Shown here in pieces: positions 43,270 through 52,260 of a DNA stretch of 64,000 nt. How positions within the stretch are numbered: the stretch's first letter is position 1; every line of letters begins with the position of its first letter. Source of the DNA: Candidatus Bathyarchaeota archaeon (lineage in GTDB: Archaea; Thermoproteota; Bathyarchaeia; Bathyarchaeales; Bathycorpusculaceae). The translations under genes and the position numbers were made by a program. The DNA is taken from NCBI GenBank assembly GCA_963717465.1, contig OY970340.1:800001-864000 (forward strand), written 5' to 3'. Under the pieces are notes generated by a model. That model was not told the origin of the DNA. It worked only from the letters and a program-made list of their open reading frames with translations, and made no database searches.

Positions 43270-44283
43270 ATGACTGATGACATAATAGTCGTTGAAGGAT
43301 TAACAAAAATCTTCAACAGAGCCTTTATCGCCGTTGACCATGTAAGCTTCAGTGTGAAAAGCGGTGAAATTTTCGGATTTTTGGGGCCAAACGGAGCAGG
43401 GAAAACAACAACGATCAAAATGCTTACGACTGTACTTAAGCCAACTGAAGGCAAAGCATTGATACTTGGGCAGGATGTTACCAAAAGAGGCTCAAGTGTA
43501 AAAAACTCTATCGGTGTGCTACAACAGGTTTACACTGCTGACGATGATTTAACAGGCTACCAGAATATAATGTTATGCGGTGCTCTTTACGGAGTTCCAA
43601 AAGATATTTCAAAGAAGCGTAGTTTAGAACTCCTAAATCTAGTTGAGCTTACTTCATTTAAAGATAAGGAAGTGTCAACTTATTCAGGTGGCATGCGTAG
43701 AAGATTAGAACTGGTTTGTAGTTTAATCAACAATCCTAAAGTGCTCTTTTTAGATGAACCCACCTTAGGCTTGGACGTACAAACTAGAACGGCAACTTGG
43801 AATTACCTTAGAACACTGAAAAAAGAGTTCGGCATAACTCTTTTTCTAACAACACACAATATGGAAGAAGCTGACTCGCTTTGCGACCGAGTAGCAATCA
43901 TCGACCACGGTAAAATAGTTACAATTGGCACTCCGAATGACTTGAAAAAAGATCTCGGCGGAGACATCATAATGTTGAGCATACAAAACGACGCAACCGA
44001 CATCTCGAGCATAATTGAGCGCGTTCCAGAAGTAAAGGAAGTGCAACGACAGGATGGAACCTACAGAATAAAGGTTGCAGATGGAGAGGAAGCAGCCCCT
44101 AATATTATGGATGTAGTTAGAACGGAAGGGCATAAGGTTGCAAGGCTTTCATTAGCTAAACCAACACTCGACGAAGTCTATCTGGAATTTACTGGTGAGA
44201 GCCTCAGAGAAGAAGAGGGGTCAAAAATTGCGGCGTTCCGGCAGAGAGAAACCATACAAAGAGCTGAAAGAAGAAAAAAGTGA
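43270..44283 (+). CDS. ABC-2 exporter ATP-binding protein (DrrA-like)
   Basis: GPNGAGKTT, YSGGMRRRL, LFLDEPTLGLD, PTLDEVYL. Confidence 0.92.
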   Translation: MTDDIIVVEGLTKIFNRAFIAVDHVSFSVKSGEIFGFLGPNGAGKTTTIKMLTTVLKPTEGKALILGQDVTKRGSSVKNSIGVLQQVYTADDDLTGYQNIMLCGALYGVPKDISKKRSLELLNLVELTSFKDKEVSTYSGGMRRRLELVCSLINNPKVLFLDEPTLGLDVQTRTATWNYLRTLKKEFGITLFLTTHNMEEADSLCDRVAIIDHGKIVTIGTPNDLKKDLGGDIIMLSIQNDATDISSIIERVPEVKEVQRQDGTYRIKVADGEEAAPNIMDVVRTEGHKVARLSLAKPTLDEVYLEFTGESLREEEGSKIAAFRQRETIQRAERRKK

Positions 44284-44289
44284 TGAAAC

Positions 44290-45192
44290 ATGACTAACAA
44301 GAACGATAACATTAATCCTCTGCACGGTTTAGGCGCGCTAACTATTCGTGAACTCACTAAATGGTTTAAAAACCCTATTGTCTTCATTCTCACTATCGTA
44401 CAGCCAGTTATATGGCTTGGTCTTCTTGGGAAAGGCATGAACATTAGCGGGTTATTCACATCAAATAATTTTCCGCAACTATCACTCAGTCCACCGCCTA
44501 CACAAGGGCAACTTTTGCAAATAAACAATTATTTCGCAGGTTTACAATCGCAAATAATGACGAATTTGTTTGGTGTGACTGATTACTTTTCTTTCTTAGC
44601 ATGCGGCATCGTTATTTTTCTAACTCTAATGGCGACCACTTACAGTTCCCAAGCGGTTGTTTTGGATCGGCGTTTCGGCTTTATCGACAAACTCTTGACC
44701 ACATCAGTTTCAAAGTCCGCAATAGTTATATCCAAAATCCTATCCGGAACACTGCGAGCACTAACGCAATCCGTCATTTTATTGGGCATCGCTTTCCTGT
44801 TCGGGCTCACAACAGGCGCAAACTTCAACGTACTTAGTATTCTTGGAACGGTTGCGATTATATTCCTGTTCGGCGTGGGAATGAGTTCAATCTTTGTTGC
44901 CGTTAGCTTAAGGTCAACCCGAATGGAAACACAAAGCGCTTTCATAAACTTCATAAATATACCTTTAGTATTTGCTAGTAACGCGTTTTTCCCAATTAGT
45001 TTGATGCCTAGCTGGTTGCAGGCAGTGGCAAACGTTAATCCTGTCTCGTACGCAATCAACGCGGTCAGATTATTCTTAATTGATAGTGGTGGTCTCAGTA
45101 ACGTTGTGGTTGATTTCGCTTACGTTGGCGCTTTCGCTTTGATAATGTCCACAATAAGCATAGTGCTTGCATGGAGATTCCTAAACAAGTAA
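44290..45192 (+). CDS. ABC-2 exporter permease (DrrB-like)
   Basis: QPVIWL, DRRFG, SNAFFP..MPSWLQAVANVNPVSYA. Confidence 0.9.
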   Translation: MTNKNDNINPLHGLGALTIRELTKWFKNPIVFILTIVQPVIWLGLLGKGMNISGLFTSNNFPQLSLSPPPTQGQLLQINNYFAGLQSQIMTNLFGVTDYFSFLACGIVIFLTLMATTYSSQAVVLDRRFGFIDKLLTTSVSKSAIVISKILSGTLRALTQSVILLGIAFLFGLTTGANFNVLSILGTVAIIFLFGVGMSSIFVAVSLRSTRMETQSAFINFINIPLVFASNAFFPISLMPSWLQAVANVNPVSYAINAVRLFLIDSGGLSNVVVDFAYVGAFALIMSTISIVLAWRFLNK

Positions 45193-45295
45193 TCTCTAAA
45201 ATATGCTCTTCGTTTCAAAAATGATTACAAATGATTATTAATAATCGATCGATCACCATGTTCAAATATAATGTTGGGGGTGCTTGGATAGCCAT

Positions 45296-45538
45296 ATGTT
45301 TAGACGTAGAAGTCATAGGAATAGAAACACGAGTTTCATATCTTTGAATACTCATCTGTGCGCAGGCTGCTGGGCTTGTATTTCGGCTTGTCCAAATCAT
45401 GTCCTTGGAAAGGTTGATTTACCAATGCATAAGCACGCTCGCATAGAGCAAGCCAGTAATTGCAAAGGTTGCTTGCTGTGCGTAAAATCATGCTCCAAAA
45501 ATGCAATCATGGCAATAAAGCCTCTTTCAGGTTCCTAA
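45296..45538 (+). CDS. 2x[4Fe-4S] ferredoxin
   Basis: CAGCWACISACP and CKGCLLCVKSC. Confidence 0.8.
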   Translation: MFRRRSHRNRNTSFISLNTHLCAGCWACISACPNHVLGKVDLPMHKHARIEQASNCKGCLLCVKSCSKNAIMAIKPLSGS

Positions 45539-45692
45539 TGGCTAGTTTGTCTCTCGCCAGCCAAATCCCATGCTCATAAAGAGGTATGGTTCTAAAAATC
45601 AACCATCTACAACAGCAAAATAACAAACCCACATATTCAGCAATTAACTTATATACAATTTCAAAATCCAATTCTTAACCGTAAAAGCCGAT

Positions 45693-45783
45693 GGCGTCCT
45701 ACAGCTAGGTGGTCCTGGCATCGGACTTCAAATCCGATGAGTCCGGTAAGGTCTCGGGGTTCAATTCCCCTTGGACGCCGCCA
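45693..45783 (+). tRNA. selC: tRNA-Sec (anticodon UCA), 9/4 fold, CCA encoded
   Basis: Acceptor GGCGTCCTA/TTGGACGCC (9 bp, one T-T), D arm GCTAGG-TGGT-CCTGGC, anticodon arm ATCGGA-CTTCAAA-TCCGAT, variable arm GAGTCC-GGTAA-GGTCTC, T arm GGGG-TTCAATT-CCCC, G73, CCA. Confidence 0.96.
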
Positions 45784-47097
45784 TTACTCCACCGTTTTCA
45801 AAACCGTGTCTAAGCGTTCAACTGCCAGTGCAACGTCTTCTTTTTGCATTCCTATGCCAACATCAAAATTGATGTAAGAAGAATGGTATTTTGGGCAGCA
45901 TACTCCAAAATCAGTCGGGTCCAAAGCTCTTGCCCCTGTTACTCTTGACGCGAACAAGGCTTTGCCTATCTTTTTTGCGCTTCTACCATTCAGTGTCATT
46001 GCAACTGAAACTGGATTGTTAACGTTCAACACTCGCTGAGAGTGCTTTTTTGCAGTTTCCACCAAATATTCTTCTAAAAGTTTCCTGTTTTCTTCTTGTT
46101 CACTTCTTAGTTTTTCGTAGCCATCTAATCCCATGGATAATATCGCTGCCAAGAACTGGGCAATAGGAGCTGCAGACGCTCTGCCAGGATAAACGTTAGC
46201 AATTTCATTCATGAATTCTTCGTTGGGCGAAGCAACTATAGCTCCTCCCACTGGCGCAAGAAAATTCTTGTCAGTACTTTGCACTACTGCGTCTACTCGG
46301 CCAGCATCAATTGCGCCTCTGATAAGCTTCATTACTTCTCTGCTTTGCACACCGTAAGCATTGTTTATGATATGTGGAACATTTTTTTCTTTAGCGATCT
46401 TGGCAATTTCCTTTATTTTGTCAGGTTCTCTGGGAGTGAAAAACGTTGTTGTCGATAAAATAGCTGTGGTTTTTTCGGAAACCGCCTCTTCAATTTCCTG
46501 CTCGGGAACGTTAACTGCGTCTCCAAAGATTTTTCCTTCAATAATTTTTTCCTGAAGTCCTGCAAGCCTGATTGCTTTTATAGGAGTTTTATGGTCAACT
46601 CTTGGATACACAACTTCATTTCCACCTTTGCAGTTTCTAGCGGCGCATAAGGTCAGTCCCAGCGCCATTCCTGTTGCAACGGGGAAAACAACTGCCTTTT
46701 TGATGTTTGGAGCTCCAAACCTTCTCATCGCATCGGTTGCCAATTTGTTAGCTAGAAAATACAGCAGTGTTCCTCCTGCTGCCTTAGGCTGCGGCCCAAC
46801 TAAGTCGCCTGTTCTTCCGACACCATGGTGAAATCCAAAAGCAAGTTTGGAGATAAGAGGAGAAGCAACTCTTCCTTCCCTTTCACCTATCCGTGCAGCT
46901 TTGCTATCCTTATCCGAATCCATACCTGATAAGAAATTTAGCAAGCTTTGAATTTGATTGTCACTCCAGCCAGTCTGGGGTATTCTTCTTTGTTCAAAAA
47001 GCGTTTTTATCGGTTTGGACTCTGATTGAAGAACCATCAAACCTCGATCAAGAATTTCCTTAGGAATTGTATCCTTCAATTTTTCAGGCGGTATCAA
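45784..47097 (-). CDS. spcS: O-phosphoseryl-tRNA(Sec) selenium transferase (SepSecS)
   Basis: MDSD..GEREGRVAS, HGVGRTGDL..QPKAAG, PVATGM, HIINNAYG, QSTDKNFLAPVGGA (PLP lysine), YPGRAS; adjacent to tRNA-Sec. Confidence 0.95.
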   Translation of the reverse strand: MIPPEKLKDTIPKEILDRGLMVLQSESKPIKTLFEQRRIPQTGWSDNQIQSLLNFLSGMDSDKDSKAARIGEREGRVASPLISKLAFGFHHGVGRTGDLVGPQPKAAGGTLLYFLANKLATDAMRRFGAPNIKKAVVFPVATGMALGLTLCAARNCKGGNEVVYPRVDHKTPIKAIRLAGLQEKIIEGKIFGDAVNVPEQEIEEAVSEKTTAILSTTTFFTPREPDKIKEIAKIAKEKNVPHIINNAYGVQSREVMKLIRGAIDAGRVDAVVQSTDKNFLAPVGGAIVASPNEEFMNEIANVYPGRASAAPIAQFLAAILSMGLDGYEKLRSEQEENRKLLEEYLVETAKKHSQRVLNVNNPVSVAMTLNGRSAKKIGKALFASRVTGARALDPTDFGVCCPKYHSSYINFDVGIGMQKEDVALAVERLDTVLKTVE

Positions 47098-47153
47098 AAT
47101 CTCACGCTCATTTCCAAACCGTTTGCGCCAAACATTTTGGCTTAATCATATTC

Positions 47154-47235
47154 TTTTAGGCTTAATTGATTAGCTTGCCTGCCTATTTTAGGCTTAATTG
47201 ATTAGCTTGCCTGCCTATTTTAGGCTTAACTGATT
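47154..47235. repeat. 32-bp tandem repeat, ~2.5 copies, upstream of SepSecS
   Basis: TTTTAGGCTTAATTGATTAGCTTGCCTGCCTA at 47154 and 47186, partial third copy at 47218. Confidence 0.95.
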
Positions 47236-47289
47236 TCTGATTTCCTTTTGAAATAAGCTTTCCAGCGGGAAAGTTGATTGATGTAGGTT

Positions 47290-47763
47290 TTATCGTCGGT
47301 CGGGTCGGCTGGGCACACCAAATGGTGGCGCTCCAGGTTGGCCACGTTTTACTTGTGGTTTTCGAATCATCCATTCGTCTGCTGGTTTAACGCTTTGTTC
47401 AAGTTTTGTTTGGCTATCCAGTTTGTTAACGAAATCTCTTACTCGCGCGAACCATTTTTCGAATTCTGGTTCTATCTGATCTTTCGGGTAGTATCCTTTT
47501 ATGTAGTATTTTGTGTTGATGACATCTACGAAGATTTCAAACTCCGAGTTTATCCACGAGAGAAACTGGCTATCCTCTATGACTCCTTTTCTTCTTAGTG
47601 TCGTGTAAAGCATGCTGGCTATGTCTGCTGCACGATACATTGAACAATAAGCCGCTCTAACGTGTCCATCTTTTGCTATTGGATCAGATGTTTCTAGAGC
47701 TGTTTGTATTCTTTCCCTTGCTGTTTTAAGTGAATTGTGAGCATCCTGTATTTCCTTTGCCAT
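47290..47763 (-). CDS. Hypothetical protein
   Basis: 157-aa helical ORF with CAGGGG upstream; weak HEPN-like helical layout, not confirmed. Confidence 0.6.
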   Translation of the reverse strand: MAKEIQDAHNSLKTARERIQTALETSDPIAKDGHVRAAYCSMYRAADIASMLYTTLRRKGVIEDSQFLSWINSEFEIFVDVINTKYYIKGYYPKDQIEPEFEKWFARVRDFVNKLDSQTKLEQSVKPADEWMIRKPQVKRGQPGAPPFGVPSRPDRR

Positions 47764-47994
47764 AATGTTTCCCCTGAGTGTTTGTATTTAGTTTGTGTAG
47801 TTCAAGGGTTTTTTTGCAATTAAGGGTTTCTGTTATTACACGTTCTTTTTGTTTCTTGTTTAAAGTCCTACTATTTTTTGTGAAATTGCTTTTTTTGGAG
47901 GTTTTGCCTTGATTCCGGTTCTTGTTTTAGTTTGAATATTGGTATTTGACCGGCTATTTGTGCAAAAAAGACCATAGCAGCATTATTTTTCTCT

Positions 47995-48942
47995 TTATAT
48001 CTGTGCATTAGGCGCTTGTCTGCCAAGCCAAAACACTAACAGTACAAATGCTGATTGAATTGCTGTGATTAATACTTCAAGCCAAACGATGCTCCAGAAG
48101 CCGAAGATTAGTGCCGTGAGAACGTCAACGATATGAAAGCCGATGAATACTAAGAAGACTGGGTAGTCTTCTTTGAAGCTGAATTTTGACGTCATTCTTC
48201 CACGCCAGAAAACAGCCAGTAATATGACTGGTATGGTAACGTTTACTGCCAGCATTATCCATTCACCTATGCTGCCTTTGGACAAGAAAGGACCAAGCCA
48301 CATTAGAAACTGGCTCGTCGGCAAAAATAGTGCACCTAAGGCAGCAAACATAGTTACAAAGGGATAAACTATGCCAATTTTCTCGCTGTAATTTGATTTT
48401 TTGAACCACCAGCGACCAAGCAGAATGAAAAATGCGCCAACGCCGCAAATTAGTGCCCAACCTGAGAAATTGTAAACAGGTACATTGAAAATGTTAGCTG
48501 TTGGTGAAGGGTTGAACCAAGTCCAGCGTCCAATTCCTGCAGGGTACTGAAGGTCCGGACATATGAGTCTAACCGATACAGGATCTAATGTAAAATCAAA
48601 AAGTGTCCCTGACAATCCGACAATAAATGGTTTGCACCATGTAGGAATATTCATGTGTCTTAGCATTCGTAAAGCAGCATACACAACTAAGAACTCAATA
48701 ATTGGAACGGAAAGTGGGACATTTCCAATCATTAACAGTGATTTCCCGTAATCATAATAGCCAGCTAAAACGGCAAAATTCTCGTAAATCGCTGCATAAA
48801 AAACTGAAAAACAAAACATTTCCAGCAGTACGCTTGTGGGATGCTCTTCTTTCTTAAGTATATACATTACTGTTATGACCGCTACCGCTATAATAAGCAA
48901 GTCTGGGATAACCCAAGCCGGAACAAACGTTAAATCAGCCAT
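47995..48942 (-). CDS. CruF/DUF422-like membrane protein (carotenoid hydratase family)
   Basis: YDYG...GNVPLSVP, DFTLDPV, RWTW, IFNVPVYNFSGW; multiple TM helices. Confidence 0.72.
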   Translation of the reverse strand: MADLTFVPAWVIPDLLIIAVAVITVMYILKKEEHPTSVLLEMFCFSVFYAAIYENFAVLAGYYDYGKSLLMIGNVPLSVPIIEFLVVYAALRMLRHMNIPTWCKPFIVGLSGTLFDFTLDPVSVRLICPDLQYPAGIGRWTWFNPSPTANIFNVPVYNFSGWALICGVGAFFILLGRWWFKKSNYSEKIGIVYPFVTMFAALGALFLPTSQFLMWLGPFLSKGSIGEWIMLAVNVTIPVILLAVFWRGRMTSKFSFKEDYPVFLVFIGFHIVDVLTALIFGFWSIVWLEVLITAIQSAFVLLVFWLGRQAPNAQI

Positions 48943-49111
48943 ACACTATTCCCCTTTGCCCAAAGAGCAAATTCACTCTTCCACTTCGGCACCTAATTTT
49001 CCGCTTGCAGTTTTTCTGCAAACGCTATTTTCTCTTCACGCCAGCTTAACACAAAAATTTTATACCTCGCATACTAGGCTTTAACGCAAAACCAAAGGCT
49101 GATCCGCAAAA

Positions 49112-49759
49112 ATGCGAAGACTCATAATTGAAATTTCAAAAAGTGAACTTGAAAAAATAGGTGTATCCCAGTCTTCGATAAACAATATAAAATCATTAAA
49201 TCTGATAAACTTCCTAAGACAAGACCCCGTAGAACTTTCAGGAATATGGCGCATAGAATTCAAAAACAAGGAAACCAAGGTTGAAGAGCTCAAGGAAACT
49301 TTTCAAACAGAAATCCAGGTTCTCCAACAAGAAAAAAACGGTGCATACACGATTTTCATGAGAGTTGGACCCAACTTATCTTCAACTTTAAGCACAGTAG
49401 CAGGAGCAGGAGGCTACTTTTTCCAACCATTAGAAATTCAAGACGAAAAAATCAAAATTTCATTTATCGGAAGCATAAGGCAAGTCAAAAGTTTCATAGC
49501 AAGCTTAAAAAAGCTGGGTATCCGCTTCAAGATTGCGTCGCTCACTGACCAAAACTTTTCTCCAACTTCACCCTTAAACAAGCTAACAGAAAAGCAAAGA
49601 AAAGTACTGCTGCTAGCATACAAGCAGGGTTATTACGATGTGCCAAGAAAAATTACTTCCAAGCAACTTGCAAAAAAGATAGGTATCTCTGACGCCACAC
49701 TAATAGAACACTTAAGAAAAACACAACATCGCTTACTAATGACCCTTTTAGCACAGTAG
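49112..49759 (+). CDS. HTH-10 transcriptional regulator (paralog of 42486-43151)
   Basis: MRRL..E..KSE start shared with the paralog; LTEKQRKVLLLAYKQGYYDVPRKITSKQLAKKIGIS. Confidence 0.88.
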   Translation: MRRLIIEISKSELEKIGVSQSSINNIKSLNLINFLRQDPVELSGIWRIEFKNKETKVEELKETFQTEIQVLQQEKNGAYTIFMRVGPNLSSTLSTVAGAGGYFFQPLEIQDEKIKISFIGSIRQVKSFIASLKKLGIRFKIASLTDQNFSPTSPLNKLTEKQRKVLLLAYKQGYYDVPRKITSKQLAKKIGISDATLIEHLRKTQHRLLMTLLAQ

Positions 49760-49968
49760 ACCGCAACCAAAAATCCCCGACATGAATATGATGATTAGCT
49801 TGAAAAAGGCTTACATGAACTGTACTTCACTGAATTTAAGTTAGATTGCAAATCAGTTCGAGCTTTCGCGACAAAATCAGTCATCTTTATAATTTCTGTT
49901 AACGTAATTGCAAGTCTATAATTCCATCATCAAAAATGCTGTAATGTGTTAACGATGAATTCAGTTTC

Positions 49969-50008
49969 TTGGTGATCTGGACCGGATTCGGATCGGCAAC
50001 CTTCTGTG
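49969..50008 (-). repeat. Degenerate copy of the tRNA-Val 3' half (att-like site)
   Basis: 33/40 ungapped identity to 51621-51660 by manual alignment. Confidence 0.85.
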
Positions 50009-50034
50009 CCACTGAGTTGTAATTTGAGTGAATT

Positions 50035-50439
50035 TTAAGGGAGTGTTTGAAAGCCTGCTTCTCTAAAGTGGCTGTCAAACGTGAATGCTTCAAGAACTGA
50101 AAGATCTTTCATTAAGGCGAAACTAGTGCAATCAGTAAAACTCCATGGTTTTTGATCAGATTTTCGAAAACTGCTCAGTGCTTTTTCAAACAGGTTATCA
50201 TCAACCCAGAACACACGCATACTCCTGCTTTTTCTTATTTTATCGATGAAAGTGGAGGCTGTTAACAAGTTTTTTCTTATCCGTAGCAAAGTCAATGTTT
50301 CATCTAGAATGTAGTCGGTTGTTATTGGAACACCATATTCTCCGGAAGCTAACTTAGATAGAAACCCGTATGCTTTTTCGTGGTTTACATCATCTTCCAC
50401 TTCAATTGCGTACCATGCACTGGTGTCAACAAATATCAC
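50035..50439 (-). CDS. vapC: VapC PIN-domain toxin
   Basis: IFVDTSAW, DYILDET, SFTDCTSF, AFTFDSHF. Confidence 0.92.
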   Translation of the reverse strand: MIFVDTSAWYAIEVEDDVNHEKAYGFLSKLASGEYGVPITTDYILDETLTLLRIRKNLLTASTFIDKIRKSRSMRVFWVDDNLFEKALSSFRKSDQKPWSFTDCTSFALMKDLSVLEAFTFDSHFREAGFQTLP

Positions 50440-50684
50440 TATGCTTCCCCGTAAAGGTACTTGTCATGTTTTGTGGACCCATAATCTTTCTTTCCAGTTT
50501 TCTTGAAGCTGGGTGGGCTGGTGAAGATAGGATCGTTTTGGTCCACGTTGCCTTCCACCTTGGTTTTGATGGCTTCCCGAAGAACATCCTTGATGCTCAT
50601 TGCGTTCTTCTTGGCGTATTCCTCAAGAAGTTTATGTTCCGCTTCGGTCAGGGTTGTCTGAACAACTTTCATGTTGCATGTCAC
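50439..50684 (-). CDS. Ribbon-helix-helix antitoxin (VapB-like)
   Basis: VVQTTLTEAEHKLLEEYAKK..SIKDVLREAI; C-terminal STKHDKYLYG; overlaps the vapC start. Confidence 0.82.
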   Translation of the reverse strand: MTCNMKVVQTTLTEAEHKLLEEYAKKNAMSIKDVLREAIKTKVEGNVDQNDPIFTSPPSFKKTGKKDYGSTKHDKYLYGEA

Positions 50685-50900
50685 ATTCTGAATGAAACAT
50701 TAAGCAAAATGAGATTTAAGCATTACCTCAGGTTTTAAAAATTGATGTTACCTGTATGCAAGAAGGTCTTGTTTGAAAAATCAAAAGAACTTGGATTCAA
50801 CCTCAACGGAAAATTCGAAAATCACTTAAAACGATTAATTCACCAACCTTTCAAACAACCAAACTGCACAAAATAATATGTCATCACAGAATTCATGTTA

Positions 50901-50947
50901 TTGGTGGACTGAACCGGATTCGGAGCAGCAGTCTTTTGTACATCAAG
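50901..50947 (-). repeat. Degenerate copy of the tRNA-Val 3' half from anticodon loop to CCA (att-like site)
   Basis: 36/47 ungapped identity to 51621-51667; the adjacent ~30 nt of flank also align. Confidence 0.85.
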
Positions 50948-50961
50948 AAACCGTTCCTTAA

Positions 50962-51252
50962 TTATGTGTAGGCTTGGTCATGGTGTGCATATTTCAGAAC
51001 CCTAACGACCTTGGGATTTTCGAGCACTTCATAGATGAGAACAAACGATCCCACATGGACTCTTCTTAGCCCTTCTAAAGGGTGCCTTAAGGGTTTGAAT
51101 TGCAATGGATCAGTTAGTATCTGGTCAATTTTTTTATTTATTGCTTCCAATTGTGGCTTGTCTTTTTTGGCTAATTTCTTGAATGTCTTATAGACTTCTT
51201 CCTCGAGTTCTAAGCTATACAAGCAATCACTTTTGCTTGAACTCTTCTGCAA
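50962..51252 (-). CDS. RelE/ParE family toxin
   Basis: YSLELEEEVYKTFKKL..FKPLRHPLEGLRRVHVGSFVLIY..HHDQAY. Confidence 0.88.
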   Translation of the reverse strand: MQKSSSKSDCLYSLELEEEVYKTFKKLAKKDKPQLEAINKKIDQILTDPLQFKPLRHPLEGLRRVHVGSFVLIYEVLENPKVVRVLKYAHHDQAYT

Positions 51253-51463
51253 AATCCTTAACTTTGACGAATTTGCCGTGGTCTCGAGCTTCTTCTACCT
51301 CTTTAATGAATTCTGGTCGCAATTGGGGTTCAAGCTCGAATTCCTCATATCGTTTTATGATTATGCTGAGCGCTTGACTTTTGTCTTTAAGACCGTATTT
51401 CGCCTTAACGATATTAATTACCCTGCTTTCTCGTTCTCCCAATTCAATTATGTTCTTTACCAT
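51227..51463 (-). CDS. Antitoxin (DUF2683-like)
   Basis: RVINIVKAKYGLKDKSQALSIII..EPQLRPEFI; overlaps the toxin gene. Confidence 0.8.
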   Translation of the reverse strand: MVKNIIELGERESRVINIVKAKYGLKDKSQALSIIIKRYEEFELEPQLRPEFIKEVEEARDHGKFVKVKDFAEEFKQK

Positions 51464-51621
51464 CAGCCAAATCTCTTTAAATTATTCCGTATAATCTGAT
51501 ATAATTCAACATAATTTAAAGTTATGTATTTCCAGAAATCAATGACCTGCACTTGCGTTACTTTCAACAATTAATCAACCAACCTCCCAACAATAATGTG
51601 TCGTCAAAAAATTCGAGTTGT

Positions 51622-51699
51622 TGGTGGGCCGGACCGGATTCGGACCGGCGACCTTCTGCACGTCAAGCAGATGTCCTAACCAGGCTAGACGACCGGCCC
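51622..51699 (-). tRNA. tRNA-Val(GAC), CCA encoded, atypical T loop TCCGAAT
   Basis: GGGCCGG/CCGGCCC acceptor, TCTGC-TTGACGT-GCAGA anticodon arm, GCCGG-TCCGAAT-CCGGT. Confidence 0.92.
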
Positions 51700-51867
51700 A
51701 CGTTATTTTCTGTACATGTTCTCGGCGCTCGGAATATTTATGGATAAGGCTAGGAACATTCGGGAAATTTTAAAGAGCGTAAGGCTTTTAGCTTATTTCC
51801 TTCCATGCTTTTCTTTCCCCCCACATTAAGAGAACTTAGAATATTTATGTGTTTTTAAAACTTGATA

Positions 51868-52254
51868 TTATATTAAATGCAAACTTAGTAAAGTAATAAT
51901 TAATCCTATTATTGCTATTATTAAGCCAACTGTCAGGGAAGCAATTAAGGTAATTATTTTATCATGGAAATTCCATTGTCTAGTTAGCCATTTCTTAAAG
52001 TCAATAGCCATAATTGTGATTGGAGCATGTCCTTCTTTTCGTTTAAACCTGATACAGTTTTTACTATATACGTTCGAATCGTTTAGACTAGCTTTAGAAT
52101 AAGCACAAGTTAATTCAACTTTTTCTTTGGGAACACTGCCTACCGTTGTAGCATATACACTCAACACGGTTCTCTTTTCAATTAATCGAGAGCAATTAGA
52201 ACAGTTTCTATTTTTGTCAAGATAATCGTAGAGTCTATTCAGTAATAGAGACAT
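51868..52254 (-). CDS. Hypothetical Cys-containing protein with C-terminal TM
   Basis: CSNC...C...C and a C-terminal hydrophobic helix; AT-rich. Confidence 0.5.
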   Translation of the reverse strand: MSLLLNRLYDYLDKNRNCSNCSRLIEKRTVLSVYATTVGSVPKEKVELTCAYSKASLNDSNVYSKNCIRFKRKEGHAPITIMAIDFKKWLTRQWNFHDKIITLIASLTVGLIIAIIGLIITLLSLHLI

Positions 52255-52260
52255 AGCCTT

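Noticed and set aside
47154..47235. 32-bp repeats as a CRISPR array
   Set aside because: Copies are directly adjacent with no spacers, and there are no cas genes in the window.
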